DNA from: Obrimoposthia wandeli
Lineage: Eukaryota
Direction: 5' to 3'
Assembly: GCA_977020255.1 (NCBI GenBank)
Contig: CDROCS010001674.1
Location: 248,001 to 312,000 of the forward strand
Length of the DNA stretch: 64,000 nt
In this document: positions 1 to 11,215 of the stretch, piece by piece
Position numbering within the stretch: position 1 is the stretch's first letter
How the letters are laid out: every line of letters starts with the position of its first letter
The notes under the pieces: generated by a model
Databases searched by the model: none
Seen by the model: only the letters and a program-made list of their open reading frames with translations
Told to the model about the DNA's origin: nothing
Program-made: the position numbers and the translations under genes

Positions 1-282
1 TTAACTCATGATCGTGATATTTTACAGCATTGAGTAGGCAGGCATTGTAACTGATAGGCTGCTCTGCAAATGCCTTGAAAGAGACGGTAAAAAGAAGGAT
101 TAATAAGCATGAAATGTAGTGATGAGTCACAGAGAGTCCTTTCTATGTTATTAACGAACAATAAAAATAGAGTGTTGCTCGTTTGTATTTATAACACCGT
201 AATGTACCAATGAGCTAAGTGTTGTTCGAATAATGTTAAATTAATTAATAAAAACGAAAGCTTATAAAAAAGACACAAAAAA

Positions 283-302
283 GGCGCTGAATATTCAGCG
301 CC
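283..302 (-). terminator. Intrinsic terminator of ygiQ
   Basis: Stem ggcgctgaa/ttcagcgcc followed by a T-run on the minus strand, just past the ygiQ stop. Confidence 0.8.
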
Positions 303-313
303 AATTTAATCAA

Positions 314-2731
314 TTATTTTGCTTTTGTTCTGCTTCGATTAGGATTTCCGCCTTGACCTTGACGAGTCGAGGTTGGCTTACCTGGTTTACTTGGGCGGTT
401 GCCTGAAGGTTTACCACTCGCAGATGCAGAGTAATTACCTACATCACTTCCTTGGCTTCTTGAACCAGGCTTATTTCCAGGTTTAGTGCCAGCTTTGCCT
501 ACAGGTTTACCGTTTGACGGAGTATTACCGTTCGACGAGGTATTACCATTTGGTCGGTTACCCGTGGTAGGGCGGCTGCCTGGTGGGCGTTTACCATCTT
601 TACGAATATCTGGCTGATTCGGGTGCTTGGTTGCAAAACGTTTTGCACCATGACGACCTGATTGACGACGTTGTGCTGGCGTTAGCTGTGATTCTTGATC
701 AGAACCTTCTTCAGGCACTAAACAATTGGCGCGATCACCGATAAGGTATTTCTTACCCATTGAAATCAGCGTTTCACGAATAAGCGGCCAGTTAAGTGGA
801 TCGTGATAACGTAATAGGGCTTTATGCACACGACGTTCACGTTCACCTTTTGCAACAAATAATTCTTCACGCTTCTTATATTTAACACGTTTTAGCGGGT
901 TAGTTTCAGAGTGATACATAGAGGTTGCATTACACATCGGTGACGGATAGAAGTTCTGAACCTGATCGCACTCATATTCATATTTCTTTAGCCACAATGC
1001 TAAGTTCAACATATCTTCATTGGTTGAACCCGGGTGCGCTGAAATAAAGTAAGGAATCAGGTATTGTTTCTTACCTGCATCTTTACTGTATTTTTCGAAC
1101 ATATTCTTAAAGCGATCGTATGTGCCCATGCCTGGTTTCATCATCAGGTCTAGGGTGCCTTTTTCTGTGTGTTCAGGCGCAATCTTTAAGTAACCACCCA
1201 CGTGGTGAGTCACAAGTTCACGTACGTATTCAGGCGATTCAACCGCTAAATCGTAACGCACACCCGATGCAATCAATACCTTTTTAATACCATCAACTTT
1301 GCGAGCTTCACGATAAAGATCGATGGTATGTCTATGGTCGGTATTTAGCTTTTCACAGATTTTAGGGAAGATACAAGATGGACGACGACAGTTAATTTCC
1401 GCCTTAGGATCTGAACAGCCTAAGCGGTACATGTTTGCAGTCGGACCACCAAGATCTGAAATAGTACCCGTGAACCCCGGTACTTTATCGCGTATATCTT
1501 TCAGTTCATCAATAATCGATTCTTGAGAACGGTTTTGAATAATACGCCCTTCGTGTTCGGTAATTGAACAGAAGCTACAGCCACCAAAACAACCACGCAT
1601 GATATTCACAGAGGTTTTAATCATGTCGTAAGCTGGAATTTTCGCTTTACCGTATGAAGGGTGTGGAACGCGTGCGAAAGGCAAGCCAAACACAAAATCC
1701 ATTTCTTCAGTTGTTAGTGGAATAGGGGGCGTATTAATCCATAATTCGCGATCACCGTGTTTTTGAGCCAATGCACGAGATGAATACGGGTTCGCTTCTA
1801 AGTGCATTACTCGGCTTGCGTGTGCATACAGAATACGGTCGTTACATAACTTTTCATACGAAGGTAAACGTATATAAGTATTTTTTGGATCATGACGAGA
1901 AGCCGTTACAACGATAGGCTTAGCAACGGGTTCTACCTTTACTTCATCTTCTTGCTTGGTTTTACATTCTTCTTCTGTCGCGTAAGGGTTGATCATAGGC
2001 ATTGCTTTGCCTGGTTTTTCTATACGCGAAGAATCTATTTCTCTGAAGCGTTCAGGAATTTCTTTAATGATAACGGCGGTACCAGCGATATTTTTCATAT
2101 CTTCTAGTTGTTCGCCTTTAGCAATACGGTGAGCGACTTCTACCAAGGCGCGTTCAGCATTACCAAAAAGAAGAATGTCAGCTTTTGCATCGACAATAAC
2201 AGAGCGACGCACTTTATCAGACCAATAGTCGTAGTGCGTTAAGCGACGTAGGCTCGCTTCAATACCACCAAGTACAATCGGTGTTTCTTTATATGCTTCA
2301 CGACAACGCTGAGAATACACAAGAACCGCACGATCAGGGCGTTTACCGCCTTCGTTATTCGGTGTGTAGGCGTCATCATGACGTAATTTACGATCGGCTG
2401 TGTAACGGTTGATCATGGAATCCATGTTACCAGCAGTCAGACCAAAGAATAGGTTCGGTTGACCAAGTTCCATGAAGGCATCTTTATTATCCCATTTAGG
2501 CTGAGCAATAATACCGACACGAAAGCCCTGAGATTCGAGCAAGCGACCGATAACCGCCATGCCGAAACTTGGGTGGTCTACGTACGCATCACCAGTCACG
2601 ATAATAATGTCGCAGCTATCCCAGCCGAGTGCATCCATTTCTTTACGCGTGGTAGGTAAGAAGGGTGCAATTCCGTAGCACTCTGCCCAGTACTTTGGAT
2701 AGCTATTTATTGGTGTTGCTTTCGTGTGCAT
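314..2731 (-). CDS. ygiQ: YgiQ family (UPF0313) radical SAM protein with low-complexity C-terminal tail
   Basis: N-terminal '[11 protein letters not shown]' motif, radical-SAM triad CFGGCSFC, 'AHPG' and '[10 protein letters not shown]' motifs; GAGG RBS. Confidence 0.93.
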   Translation of the reverse strand: MHTKATPINSYPKYWAECYGIAPFLPTTRKEMDALGWDSCDIIIVTGDAYVDHPSFGMAVIGRLLESQGFRVGIIAQPKWDNKDAFMELGQPNLFFGLTAGNMDSMINRYTADRKLRHDDAYTPNNEGGKRPDRAVLVYSQRCREAYKETPIVLGGIEASLRRLTHYDYWSDKVRRSVIVDAKADILLFGNAERALVEVAHRIAKGEQLEDMKNIAGTAVIIKEIPERFREIDSSRIEKPGKAMPMINPYATEEECKTKQEDEVKVEPVAKPIVVTASRHDPKNTYIRLPSYEKLCNDRILYAHASRVMHLEANPYSSRALAQKHGDRELWINTPPIPLTTEEMDFVFGLPFARVPHPSYGKAKIPAYDMIKTSVNIMRGCFGGCSFCSITEHEGRIIQNRSQESIIDELKDIRDKVPGFTGTISDLGGPTANMYRLGCSDPKAEINCRRPSCIFPKICEKLNTDHRHTIDLYREARKVDGIKKVLIASGVRYDLAVESPEYVRELVTHHVGGYLKIAPEHTEKGTLDLMMKPGMGTYDRFKNMFEKYSKDAGKKQYLIPYFISAHPGSTNEDMLNLALWLKKYEYECDQVQNFYPSPMCNATSMYHSETNPLKRVKYKKREELFVAKGERERRVHKALLRYHDPLNWPLIRETLISMGKKYLIGDRANCLVPEEGSDQESQLTPAQRRQSGRHGAKRFATKHPNQPDIRKDGKRPPGSRPTTGNRPNGNTSSNGNTPSNGKPVGKAGTKPGNKPGSRSQGSDVGNYSASASGKPSGNRPSKPGKPTSTRQGQGGNPNRSRTKAK

Positions 2732-3212
2732 GTGTTGACCTCAATCTTTGGAGGCGGGAATTATAGCCGTTCAGTAAATGGCTGGCTAGCCCTTATATTT
2801 ACTGACTTTTTGGCACTGTTACGCATGTTTTTTATGTGGTTAAGCATAGTTGTAAATAAATGGGGGGAATAAAACATTTTTTGTTTTAAATAAACCGTGT
2901 TAATCCAGTGTGATGGCTTAGAAGCAGTAAGATACCGATACGAAGCTTAGATTCCAAGAATATCCATGAAATGACTGATAGTTATACTCAAAGACGCATT
3001 ACGGCCAACAATTATCAATCCCAAGCCATTGTTCGGTACAATCGCGATAGCGCATTTATTGGTATGTGGGGTTCATTGCGCGCTTACGGAAAAGCAATAT
3101 TAGAGATAGGTGCAAACCTCTTAGCCTTAATCGAATATTTATGAGAAGTAAACCAACCATGTTGGGTAACAATACTCAGTTAATCACACGAAGATACACA
3201 GTCAAAAAATAA

Positions 3213-3241
3213 ATTGTCAACCTACACAATAGGCTGACAAT
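3213..3241 (-). terminator. Intrinsic terminator of the TRAP operon
   Basis: attgtcaacct...aggctgacaat hairpin with a minus-strand T-run, ~55 bp past the dctM stop. Confidence 0.7.
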
Positions 3242-3294
3242 AAACTAAACAGATATAATGGGACTCAAAAATTAAGTTGCAACAAAACCGTCAA

Positions 3295-4575
3295 TCACTC
3301 TCCATAGATGAATTCAGGTATAGCCAGGACTAAATCAGGGAACACACAAATCAGAATCAAAACAAGAACATTCGCAGCCAAGAACGGTGCCGCACCTAAG
3401 AATATCTTCCCTATTCCCATCTTTGATATAGCAGCACATACATTCAGACATGTACCTACCGGAGGAGTACAAGCTCCCACAGCCAACCCCGTTATCATCA
3501 CAAGACCAAATTGAATAGCACTAACATCTACAGCCTGAGCGGCTGGTAACAACACTGGTGTTAATAGTAAAATTGCTGGACTCACGTCAATGAAAGTACC
3601 TGCAAGTAAAATTAGAAAGGCAGCAGCAAGTAAAAACTGAATTTTATTTAGATCAAGCGAAATAACATAAGCTGCTAGCTGGTCAGGCACACGTTCAAGG
3701 GCAAGGACCCATGTGTAAAGTAAAGAGAAAGCGATGATAACCATGATTTTAGACGTCATCATAGCAGAGTGCTTCAGCGCTAAAGGCAAAGAGGTGAGTG
3801 CGTCCTTACCAACTAGAAAGAAACCAATGATAATTCCATATAACACACCAAGCCCTGCAGATTCAGTTGGCGTTGCAATCCCAAGGACAACACTACCAAC
3901 AACAAGCAAAGGCATGAGCAGTACAAATCCACAGCGCTTAAACTGTTTAGTCACATTTTGCTTGTTGAATTCTACATCTTCTATTGGGAAATCATTTCTG
4001 ATCGATATAAAATAAACAGTTACAAATTGAATAATACCAATAAGGAATCCTGGAATAATCCCTGCCATAAACAGCTTACCAACCGACTCTTGCGCTACTA
4101 TTGCGTATAACACCATAGCCATACTTGGAGGGATAATCATCCCCATAGTGGATGAAGCAACAGTAATACCCGCGGCAAAACTTTTAGAATACCCACGCTT
4201 CTCCATTTCAGGTATAAGAATTGATCCTATCGATGCTGTATCAGATGCGGCAGAGCCAGAAATACCACCAAAAATCATACTTGAGACAACATTTACAAGG
4301 CCAAGTCCACCTTTAAGCCTGCCAACAAACAAAATGCAAAAATCAAGTAGACGTGCAGTTATCCCACCATTGTTCATTACCTGTCCCATTAAGATAAACA
4401 AAGGCAGCGCAATCAGGGAGTAATTATTCATCCCTGCAAATATACGCTGAGGAAGGATCCCTATTAACGTTGGCTGCTCTACAAGGAAATAAGCTATTGT
4501 TGATAAACCCAATGAGAAACCAATAGGTATTCCAAGGATCAAAAGGATAATGAGACTGCTAATTAGAATAAACAT
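3295..4575 (-). CDS. dctM: TRAP transporter large permease (DctM family)
   Basis: Polytopic membrane protein with 'LIALPLFILMG', 'FGGISGSAASD', 'IIPPS' and 'TPPVG' motifs. Confidence 0.92.
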   Translation of the reverse strand: MFILISSLIILLILGIPIGFSLGLSTIAYFLVEQPTLIGILPQRIFAGMNNYSLIALPLFILMGQVMNNGGITARLLDFCILFVGRLKGGLGLVNVVSSMIFGGISGSAASDTASIGSILIPEMEKRGYSKSFAAGITVASSTMGMIIPPSMAMVLYAIVAQESVGKLFMAGIIPGFLIGIIQFVTVYFISIRNDFPIEDVEFNKQNVTKQFKRCGFVLLMPLLVVGSVVLGIATPTESAGLGVLYGIIIGFFLVGKDALTSLPLALKHSAMMTSKIMVIIAFSLLYTWVLALERVPDQLAAYVISLDLNKIQFLLAAAFLILLAGTFIDVSPAILLLTPVLLPAAQAVDVSAIQFGLVMITGLAVGACTPPVGTCLNVCAAISKMGIGKIFLGAAPFLAANVLVLILICVFPDLVLAIPEFIYGE

Positions 4576-4600
4576 TTAGTAAGACCTTCCATGTGATTTT

Positions 4601-5107
4601 TTAATCTTCCGCTTGCCACATTTTTTCGCAATTCTCGTGGCCTGTTAGTACAAGAATTATTTTTATTAAGCAAAACAAAATAACAAAACTAGCACTGATT
4701 GGAATAGCGGCTTGAAAGTACCCTTGTGGTAAACCCAAAGGGTACCACTCAGAATTACCTGTCTTTTGGATCCACGAAATGGAATAATAAAAAAGCGCAC
4801 CATGTAAACCAATAATTAAAATAAGATTGACAAGATATATGTATAACCGAACCTTTAACGAACACAGTTCAGAAAAAAATGTAATAGCGATATGTTCTTT
4901 TCTCGCTACAGCCAAAGCAGAGCCTATAGCAATCGTAAACAAGAAAGCAATTGTGATTGCCTCATTACCTCCAATAATTGTGTCATTAAAAACATACCGC
5001 ATGACAACGAGGATGCAAACCAAAGTAAGGATTAAAAAAAGTAGCACCGAAATAATAAACTCTAGCGATTTTGCGATAATACGTTCCATTTGGATTAGAA
5101 CATTCAT
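4601..5107 (-). CDS. dctQ: TRAP transporter small permease (DctQ family)
   Basis: 168 aa, 4 TM segments, 'VVMRYVFN' and 'EHIAITFF' motifs; lies between dctP and dctM. Confidence 0.88.
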   Translation of the reverse strand: MNVLIQMERIIAKSLEFIISVLLFLILTLVCILVVMRYVFNDTIIGGNEAITIAFLFTIAIGSALAVARKEHIAITFFSELCSLKVRLYIYLVNLILIIGLHGALFYYSISWIQKTGNSEWYPLGLPQGYFQAAIPISASFVILFCLIKIILVLTGHENCEKMWQAED

Positions 5108-5165
5108 AACAATCCCTTTAAATACAAAAGAGCAGATTTACTGCTCTTTTGTTAGTGTTGTGACT

Positions 5166-6188
5166 TTAACCACACTGAGTAGCCGCAGCTTTAGCATTAT
5201 CTATATCGGCCTGAGAAAAAACACCTTTAGAGATAAACGATTGATATACCGGCTTAGTCGCTTTTTTGAAGTTTTCGATCTGTTCTTTGCTAACATAATT
5301 TACTTCCATCGATTTTGACAGTTTTTCAATTACCTCAGCTTCGCTTTTTTCATAAAGATCATCTGATAATGCAAGTGCTTCAACTGCGACTTCATCAAAC
5401 GTTATCTGTAAATCTTTTGGTAGTGAGTTATACCAATCCTTGTTAACTATTAACGGATCTGGCCCCGTAGAATAATTAGCAATAGACATAAACTTTTGCA
5501 CTTCTTCGATTTTTTGACTTGCAATATTCATTGGCGGATTGTCCTGACCGTCAATCACACCAGTTTTAAAAGCCTGATAAGTTTCAGAAAATGGGAGTGT
5601 CTGTGGGCTTTCTTGTAACACGCGTGCAGTCTGAATATAAATCTGCTGCACAGGGACTCGCATCTTAAGACCCTTTAAATCTTCAGGTTTCGTTATTGGG
5701 CGTACATTATTAGTGTATGCACGAAAGCCCTGACTAATACCAACCGCTGGAATATGGTAACTTGTATTTTCCTCTGCTTCATCAAGTACACCTTTAATCC
5801 AATCGCTTCGAACAAGGCATTTTGCTTCATTCCAATCAGCAATCAAATAGGGTAGCTGTAGCATTGACAACCTCGGGTCAACCTCTTCATAAAAACCACC
5901 CCTTGTTCCTTGAAGGATTCCCGTTGTGACTTGATCCATAACCTCACGTTCAGAGCCCATTAAAGAATTGAAGTAATTTTGCACCTCTATACGACCATCG
6001 GTCCTCTTTTCTAGTTCGGCTTTAAAGAAGGTCATTGATTGACTGCGAGGGTCTGATACAGGTTGTTCATTTGAATATTTAAACGTGAAATCGGCTGAGA
6101 ATACAGATGAAGATAAAAACGTTAATGGTATTATTAATGTATAAGAAAATTTTTCAGTGGACTTATTAATATTATTCAAGGTAATCAT
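5166..6188 (-). CDS. dctP: TRAP substrate-binding protein (DctP family)
   Basis: Signal peptide ending VFS-A; 'PEDLKGLKMRV' with the conserved Arg; 'GVIDGQDN'. Confidence 0.92.
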   Translation of the reverse strand: MITLNNINKSTEKFSYTLIIPLTFLSSSVFSADFTFKYSNEQPVSDPRSQSMTFFKAELEKRTDGRIEVQNYFNSLMGSEREVMDQVTTGILQGTRGGFYEEVDPRLSMLQLPYLIADWNEAKCLVRSDWIKGVLDEAEENTSYHIPAVGISQGFRAYTNNVRPITKPEDLKGLKMRVPVQQIYIQTARVLQESPQTLPFSETYQAFKTGVIDGQDNPPMNIASQKIEEVQKFMSIANYSTGPDPLIVNKDWYNSLPKDLQITFDEVAVEALALSDDLYEKSEAEVIEKLSKSMEVNYVSKEQIENFKKATKPVYQSFISKGVFSQADIDNAKAAATQCG

Positions 6189-6293
6189 AAATATCCTATT
6201 TATTAATAAATAGAGAAAGCATTTTTCCCGTCACTTTCTCTATTTTATTAAGTGCATACAATTATTAACTTATATAAATGTGGAATAAAAGTT

Positions 6294-7157
6294 TTAACCG
6301 AAAATACGTTTGAAAATTTCAATGTTTTGGCGGAAACCTTGTTCAAAATCTCCATTACCAGGATGATAAACGCCCTCATAAGAAATAACGCCATCGTAAT
6401 TATCAGCACGCAACGCATCAGCTAAAGGTTGGAATTGCGATCCAAGCTGACCTTCACCCATACGACGGACTTCAAGTGTTGCTCGTGGCGTGTCAACCTG
6501 AACATCTTTAATATGTAAATGGCCAAGGTAACCATCTTTGATTTCATCATAACCATCTGGGAATGCAACTTCATGACACCAGCAATTATTAGCTGGATCC
6601 CAAAGAACCTGAAGTGCATCTTTAGCATCTAATTCATCAATTAATCGACGTGCGGTGTAGTTGGAATTAATTATTGTGCCATTACCAGTCTCAACCACCA
6701 GCTTCAAACCTTCCGAACGAATAAGCTCAACAGCTGGAGCAATCAACGGAGGCATTGCATCCCAGGCTCCATTTGCAACATTCCATTTTTCGGCGCCATT
6801 TCGACCCCATAAAATTTGTTCTTTCTTAGGGGACATAATACGAACAAGCGGTGATTCAAGTTCATGCGCCATTTCAATAACACGCTTAAGAGCATCCATG
6901 TGTTTAGTATGCAATTCATCACCAGGGCGATTAGCACTTGTCATACCAGCAAATATATGGCGAGAAAGGCAAGATACGGGCTTACCATGATGCTGAAGTA
7001 GAGCTTTCATCTCAGCAATTTCGCCTTTAGTATGGTCCCCTACTTCTTTGTCACCAACAAATTGAAGTTCTGCATATTTAATGTCGAACTCGTTCATTAC
7101 CTTCACTGTATGGTCAAGGTTGCGGCTAACACCATCACAGATGATACCTAGTTTCAT
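6294..7157 (-). CDS. Sugar phosphate isomerase/epimerase (xylose-isomerase-like TIM barrel)
   Basis: Metal-ligand motifs 'VVET', 'WDPAN', 'HLHIKD', 'ISYE'. Confidence 0.8.
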   Translation of the reverse strand: MKLGIICDGVSRNLDHTVKVMNEFDIKYAELQFVGDKEVGDHTKGEIAEMKALLQHHGKPVSCLSRHIFAGMTSANRPGDELHTKHMDALKRVIEMAHELESPLVRIMSPKKEQILWGRNGAEKWNVANGAWDAMPPLIAPAVELIRSEGLKLVVETGNGTIINSNYTARRLIDELDAKDALQVLWDPANNCWCHEVAFPDGYDEIKDGYLGHLHIKDVQVDTPRATLEVRRMGEGQLGSQFQPLADALRADNYDGVISYEGVYHPGNGDFEQGFRQNIEIFKRIFG

Positions 7158-7206
7158 AATTTAAATTCCTTTTATTTATATACCGTTATAAGAGTAAGAG
7201 TAAAAC

Positions 7207-8097
7207 CTAGCGATGTAATTCAGCACCTGCGATTTCTTCTAGAACGCGAGTAACAACCCAATTATCGCCTTGAGGGTATTTCGTTTTACCAGCATGGAAA
7301 AGTTGCATTGCAGTTGAAGCTGTAAATAGTGGCACACCAAGATCTTGTGCCATATCAAGAGAAATAGTTAAATCTTTATGCATAGTAGTAATTGAACTAC
7401 CAGTACCTTCAAATTTACGGTCGATTATGTTTTTCAGAGCGGTATTTGACACACCACAACCAGCCCCCGATGTTGAGAACACCTTATACAATGCTTCACC
7501 AGACACACCTGCTTTTGCTGCTAACACAGAGGCCTCAAAAGTTGCAGCGAAAATAGATCCAATTAAAGACTGCAAACAAGATTTAACAACCTGACCGTCA
7601 CCGACATTTTCACCAACATGATGAATAGTAGAAGAGACGGCATCCATGACATCTTTAAAATCACTCAATACAGACGCTGGCGCCGATGCCATCATTGTTA
7701 ACGTTCCTGCTTGAGCCCCTGGGAAGCCCCCACTTACAGGAGTATCAATTAATGAAATTTGGTAATCTTGTAGTTGTTCACCAATTTCTCGAGCTTCCTT
7801 TGGCTTGATAGTAGCCGTAAGAAGAATTGCAGAGCCTGGTGATAAATTTTTGGCAAGACCGTTGTCACCAAAAATAACTGATTTAGCTTGATCGCCATTC
7901 ATAACCATTACATACACAGCGTCAACCTTGCTTGCTAATTCAGCAATGCTTGTTGCAGGTTGACCACCCATAGCAATAAATGCGCTCATACGTTCTGAAC
8001 TGAGATCAAGACCGATTGTTTCAAAGCCATTCTTTAGGAGGTTTTTTGCTAGACCACTGCCCATATCCCCTAAACCGATAACGCCTACATGTTTCAT
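7207..8097 (-). CDS. NAD(P)-dependent beta-hydroxyacid dehydrogenase (3-hydroxyisobutyrate/threonate dehydrogenase family)
   Basis: GVIGLGDMG Rossmann motif, 'DTPVSGG', catalytic Lys in 'VVKSC', 'HKDL'. Confidence 0.88.
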   Translation of the reverse strand: MKHVGVIGLGDMGSGLAKNLLKNGFETIGLDLSSERMSAFIAMGGQPATSIAELASKVDAVYVMVMNGDQAKSVIFGDNGLAKNLSPGSAILLTATIKPKEAREIGEQLQDYQISLIDTPVSGGFPGAQAGTLTMMASAPASVLSDFKDVMDAVSSTIHHVGENVGDGQVVKSCLQSLIGSIFAATFEASVLAAKAGVSGEALYKVFSTSGAGCGVSNTALKNIIDRKFEGTGSSITTMHKDLTISLDMAQDLGVPLFTASTAMQLFHAGKTKYPQGDNWVVTRVLEEIAGAELHR

Positions 8098-8130
8098 CTA
8101 AATTTCCTTATTGCTGGATAAACAAATCAA

Positions 8131-8182
8131 CATTTTGATGTAATACACATCAAAATGACATTTAATGATAAGTAACATATCA
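8131..8182. promoter_or_regulatory. Probable operator pair for the divergent LacI-family regulator
   Basis: Perfect palindrome CATTTTGATGT-AATAC-ACATCAAAATG (8131-8157) plus a second TGATA-N7-TATCA (8166-8182), 34-85 bp upstream of the dehydrogenase start. Confidence 0.6.
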
Positions 8183-9152
8183 ACCTGAGTTGTTAAATAA
8201 TTTAACATTTGCTCAATAATTGCAACTATCAAGGTAAATAAAAAGCATAATAGGAGGTTTTTAGTCCTGTAGTGAGATCTCCATTTTATTTTTAGTAGAT
8301 TATGACATCATATATAGTCATTGATAACATCAAAAAGCATCATTTTTTAGAGTGAAAAATCAATATTTCAGTGCACATATCTAAGCCTAATCACTAAACT
8401 GACAAAGCTAAAGTTAAAAGCCCTCTCCTTTATTTTAGAGCGTTAACTTATGTAACTTGATCTCGTGAAAATTAAATAGCAGCAAAATGTGAGTCTTGTA
8501 ATCTCTAATGAGGAATCATGCTTTATAACGGAAAATCAAAAAATAAATCTACAGTTAGACAAAAGCAAAGCTACGAAAAAAAAGTGGAGATAAAACAAGA
8601 AATAAAAATAAAGCATTTAAAAACATGGAGTTAATTTGTATCATTTAAGAGTAAATCTGTTGTGAAATAACCAATAAATACACATAATTCTAAAAATCAA
8701 TAAAATACGCTCCCTCCAAAGCCTTCAAGACAATAAGTACATGAATACCTTTGATATGAATTATCTGATCTGGAACACTAAATAAATGAAGATGGATTTT
8801 CATACAGTAATGATAAAACCCTCATCTATCCGTACACCAAATCATCATCCCCCGTAGTAAATAACGTCAATTAATAAAAATAAGGATTAAATCATACAAT
8901 TTTAGAGGGAATGAGAAATGCTAAATTTTCTACTGTCACAATATTATAACTACTAAGAAGTGCCGATAATGATGTGAATTGATTTAAATGCAATTATTAA
9001 TGATGTTACTTGATACCTGTTAGAAGCTGATATACGATGCTTTATGGTGATATGTGGGTGAAAATATTGGTCTATAATAAGAGATACAGTCACCAAATCT
9101 CCTTTTTGACATGTTTTCTTACCCGTAGGTATTGATTTTTTGAGGCTGTAAG

Positions 9153-10175
9153 ATGAAGAATATAAGGCTTGTTGATATCGCAAATCTTGCTGATGTGAGC
9201 ACTGCGACAGTAGATCGCGTAATTAATAAGCGCGGGAAGGTGCGCGATCTCACTATTGAACGAGTGACAACTGCTATTGAGCAATTAAAAAAAGAAGCTC
9301 TCAATATTGACGAAACAAAATTAAGTATTCTGAAAGGTCATATTGTCTTCATTTTACCAAGCGGGGCAGGCGCCTCAATAGACGAGAACCTAGTCAAAGC
9401 CATTGAAAATTTACGTCGCGATCTTGGATGTGATTTACGCATCAAATTTTTCCCTAAATTAAACCCACTTGTTCTTCAAGAACTTCTTCTTTCAGTTCTT
9501 AAAGAAGATGGCTTAAGGGGCGTAGCGTTTCATGGCCTTAACCACCCATTAATAATGAAAGCTTTGGATTTATATAAGATTAAAGAGATTCCTTGCGTTG
9601 TACTGCAATCTAAAATTTCCTACGCTGGTGGAATGGTAGGGTATGCAGGAATTGACAACAGGGCCGCAGGTCGTGCGGTTGGGCATTTAATGGGGCGTAA
9701 TTTCCTTAAGAATAAAGGGAAAATAGCTATTTTATGCGGTAGCTCTTTATATCAAAGTCATGAAGATAGAGAGATGGGGTTTAGATCCGCTCTTCGCGAG
9801 GTAAACCCAAACTTGCAAGTATTAGATATTATGTATGGCCATGACGACTCTATAGACAATAAAGACATTATTAGAGAAAAGTTGTTAAAACATGATGATC
9901 TAATTGGTATCTATAATGTAGGTTCAGGAAGTTCAGGCATTATTGAAGCCGTTGTGTCCATGAACAAACAAGATGACATATGTATTGTCGTTCACAATCA
10001 CACCCAACGGACTCAGGAGTGGATTTTTGATGGCGTTGTCGATTTTATTTTAGATCAAGATATGTCAAAAATAACACGCCTTGCTTACGACCAACTGACC
10101 AGCAACACACCTTTATCTGTTGACTCTTCTGTCCGTTTCGACTTGGTATTAAAACAATCAATTAGTTATCGTTAA
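9153..10175 (+). CDS. LacI-family transcriptional regulator
   Basis: HTH 'RLVDIANLADVSTATVDRVIN', periplasmic-binding-protein-like C-terminal domain 'GIDNRAAGR'; divergent from the catabolic operon. Confidence 0.9.
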   Translation: MKNIRLVDIANLADVSTATVDRVINKRGKVRDLTIERVTTAIEQLKKEALNIDETKLSILKGHIVFILPSGAGASIDENLVKAIENLRRDLGCDLRIKFFPKLNPLVLQELLLSVLKEDGLRGVAFHGLNHPLIMKALDLYKIKEIPCVVLQSKISYAGGMVGYAGIDNRAAGRAVGHLMGRNFLKNKGKIAILCGSSLYQSHEDREMGFRSALREVNPNLQVLDIMYGHDDSIDNKDIIREKLLKHDDLIGIYNVGSGSSGIIEAVVSMNKQDDICIVVHNHTQRTQEWIFDGVVDFILDQDMSKITRLAYDQLTSNTPLSVDSSVRFDLVLKQSISYR

Positions 10176-10771
10176 TTTTATTGCTGTGTTGTAATAAATT
10201 TTTTACAAACCCAGTAGAAGAGTGATGGCACAACGAACGAGATCTCATACCCTTTAAAGTATGAGGTCTCAATGATTCAATAAAATGGTTGGTCTAGGAG
10301 ATAGCCAAAACGATCGCGGTAAAGTGGTATTTAAAATAGAGCATCGAGACTCTTACACGTCAACCAGCCCTAAATCTTTTGTCCTTAATAATATAGGGGC
10401 AGTAGGGTTGATTGAACCCCAGTTTAATGACCAAGGGTTTCGTCTGACGATTTAAGTTCATGAAAGAATTTTTTCATGCTGCTACAGAGCAGCATATGTG
10501 GCGCTTAAAATTTACAGCTAACAAGTCGATAAAGCAGGGCTAAAAACAGTTGGCCATGCTCGTGCCTCGTTGATTTTGGGTCTTTGTAAGATCAAAACTT
10601 ATGGTAGATTAAGAATTCTAAGAAGGTTCTGTCCACCGATGAGTCAGCATACCTCTAGCTGACTCGTTTCTGCCCCATTCTCATTTAGAATAATCACTCA
10701 TTCACAGGCCGTTAATACTGTTTTGTGATGCTAAATGTCATGTGGGCACTATTGTAACGATTCCAGAATTG

Positions 10772-10797
10772 AAAAAGACCGCTAATGGCGGCTTTTT
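10772..10797. terminator. Bidirectional intrinsic terminator
   Basis: aaaaagaccgc-taatg-gcggcttttt. Confidence 0.6.
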
Positions 10798-11063
10798 ATC
10801 ATTGATGTACACGCTAGAACAAACAAAACCAAATCTCAGTCAAATAGATCTTTCTATGGCGTAATGGCTTATCACTAGAGTAAACAATGGCATTTTCATC
10901 GAAAGCCTTCTTACGAGCCGCATGACTCACGCCGCTGTATTTCCTCGAACCTTTTACTATGTCGGAAAGGTCTCGCGCGCTATTGTGACGCCCTAACGTT
11001 GCTGAGTATAAATTCATGACCAACGAGCCTACTGTATTGGGTTGATTCACCAAATTATACGAA

Positions 11064-11196
11064 AATGAACGCCGCGTTATACGGGCAATCTTGCGATTTT
11101 AGATTTCACTACGTACCTTGAACTTTTCCCGTAAATACTGAATACACACGCGCCATTTGTTTATTGTGATTTTCCCTCTTAAGTGGGGCGTTAGCA
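11064..11196 (+). repeat. Degenerate integron attC site (Vibrio-type, ~130 bp)
   Basis: Left arm AACGCCGCGTTATACGGG is partly complementary to right arm CCCTCTTAAGTGGGGCGTT; core site GTTAGCA at 11190-11196. Confidence 0.6.
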
Positions 11197-11215
11197 ATAT
11201 AAGGAAATATTACAC

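Noticed and set aside
2971-3144. 57-codon plus-strand ORF between ygiQ and dctM
   Set aside because: No clear RBS, terminator or recognisable motif.
8518-8634. 38-aa Lys-rich ORF with a GAGGA RBS
   Set aside because: Composition is explained by the A-rich spacer; no terminator or recognisable homology.
10806-11053. 79-aa minus-strand ORF, and a plus-strand 'PHDSRR' resembling a tyrosine-recombinase box
   Set aside because: No RBS or family match for the ORF; the HDxRR resemblance has no supporting downstream His/Tyr motif and is flanked by stops.
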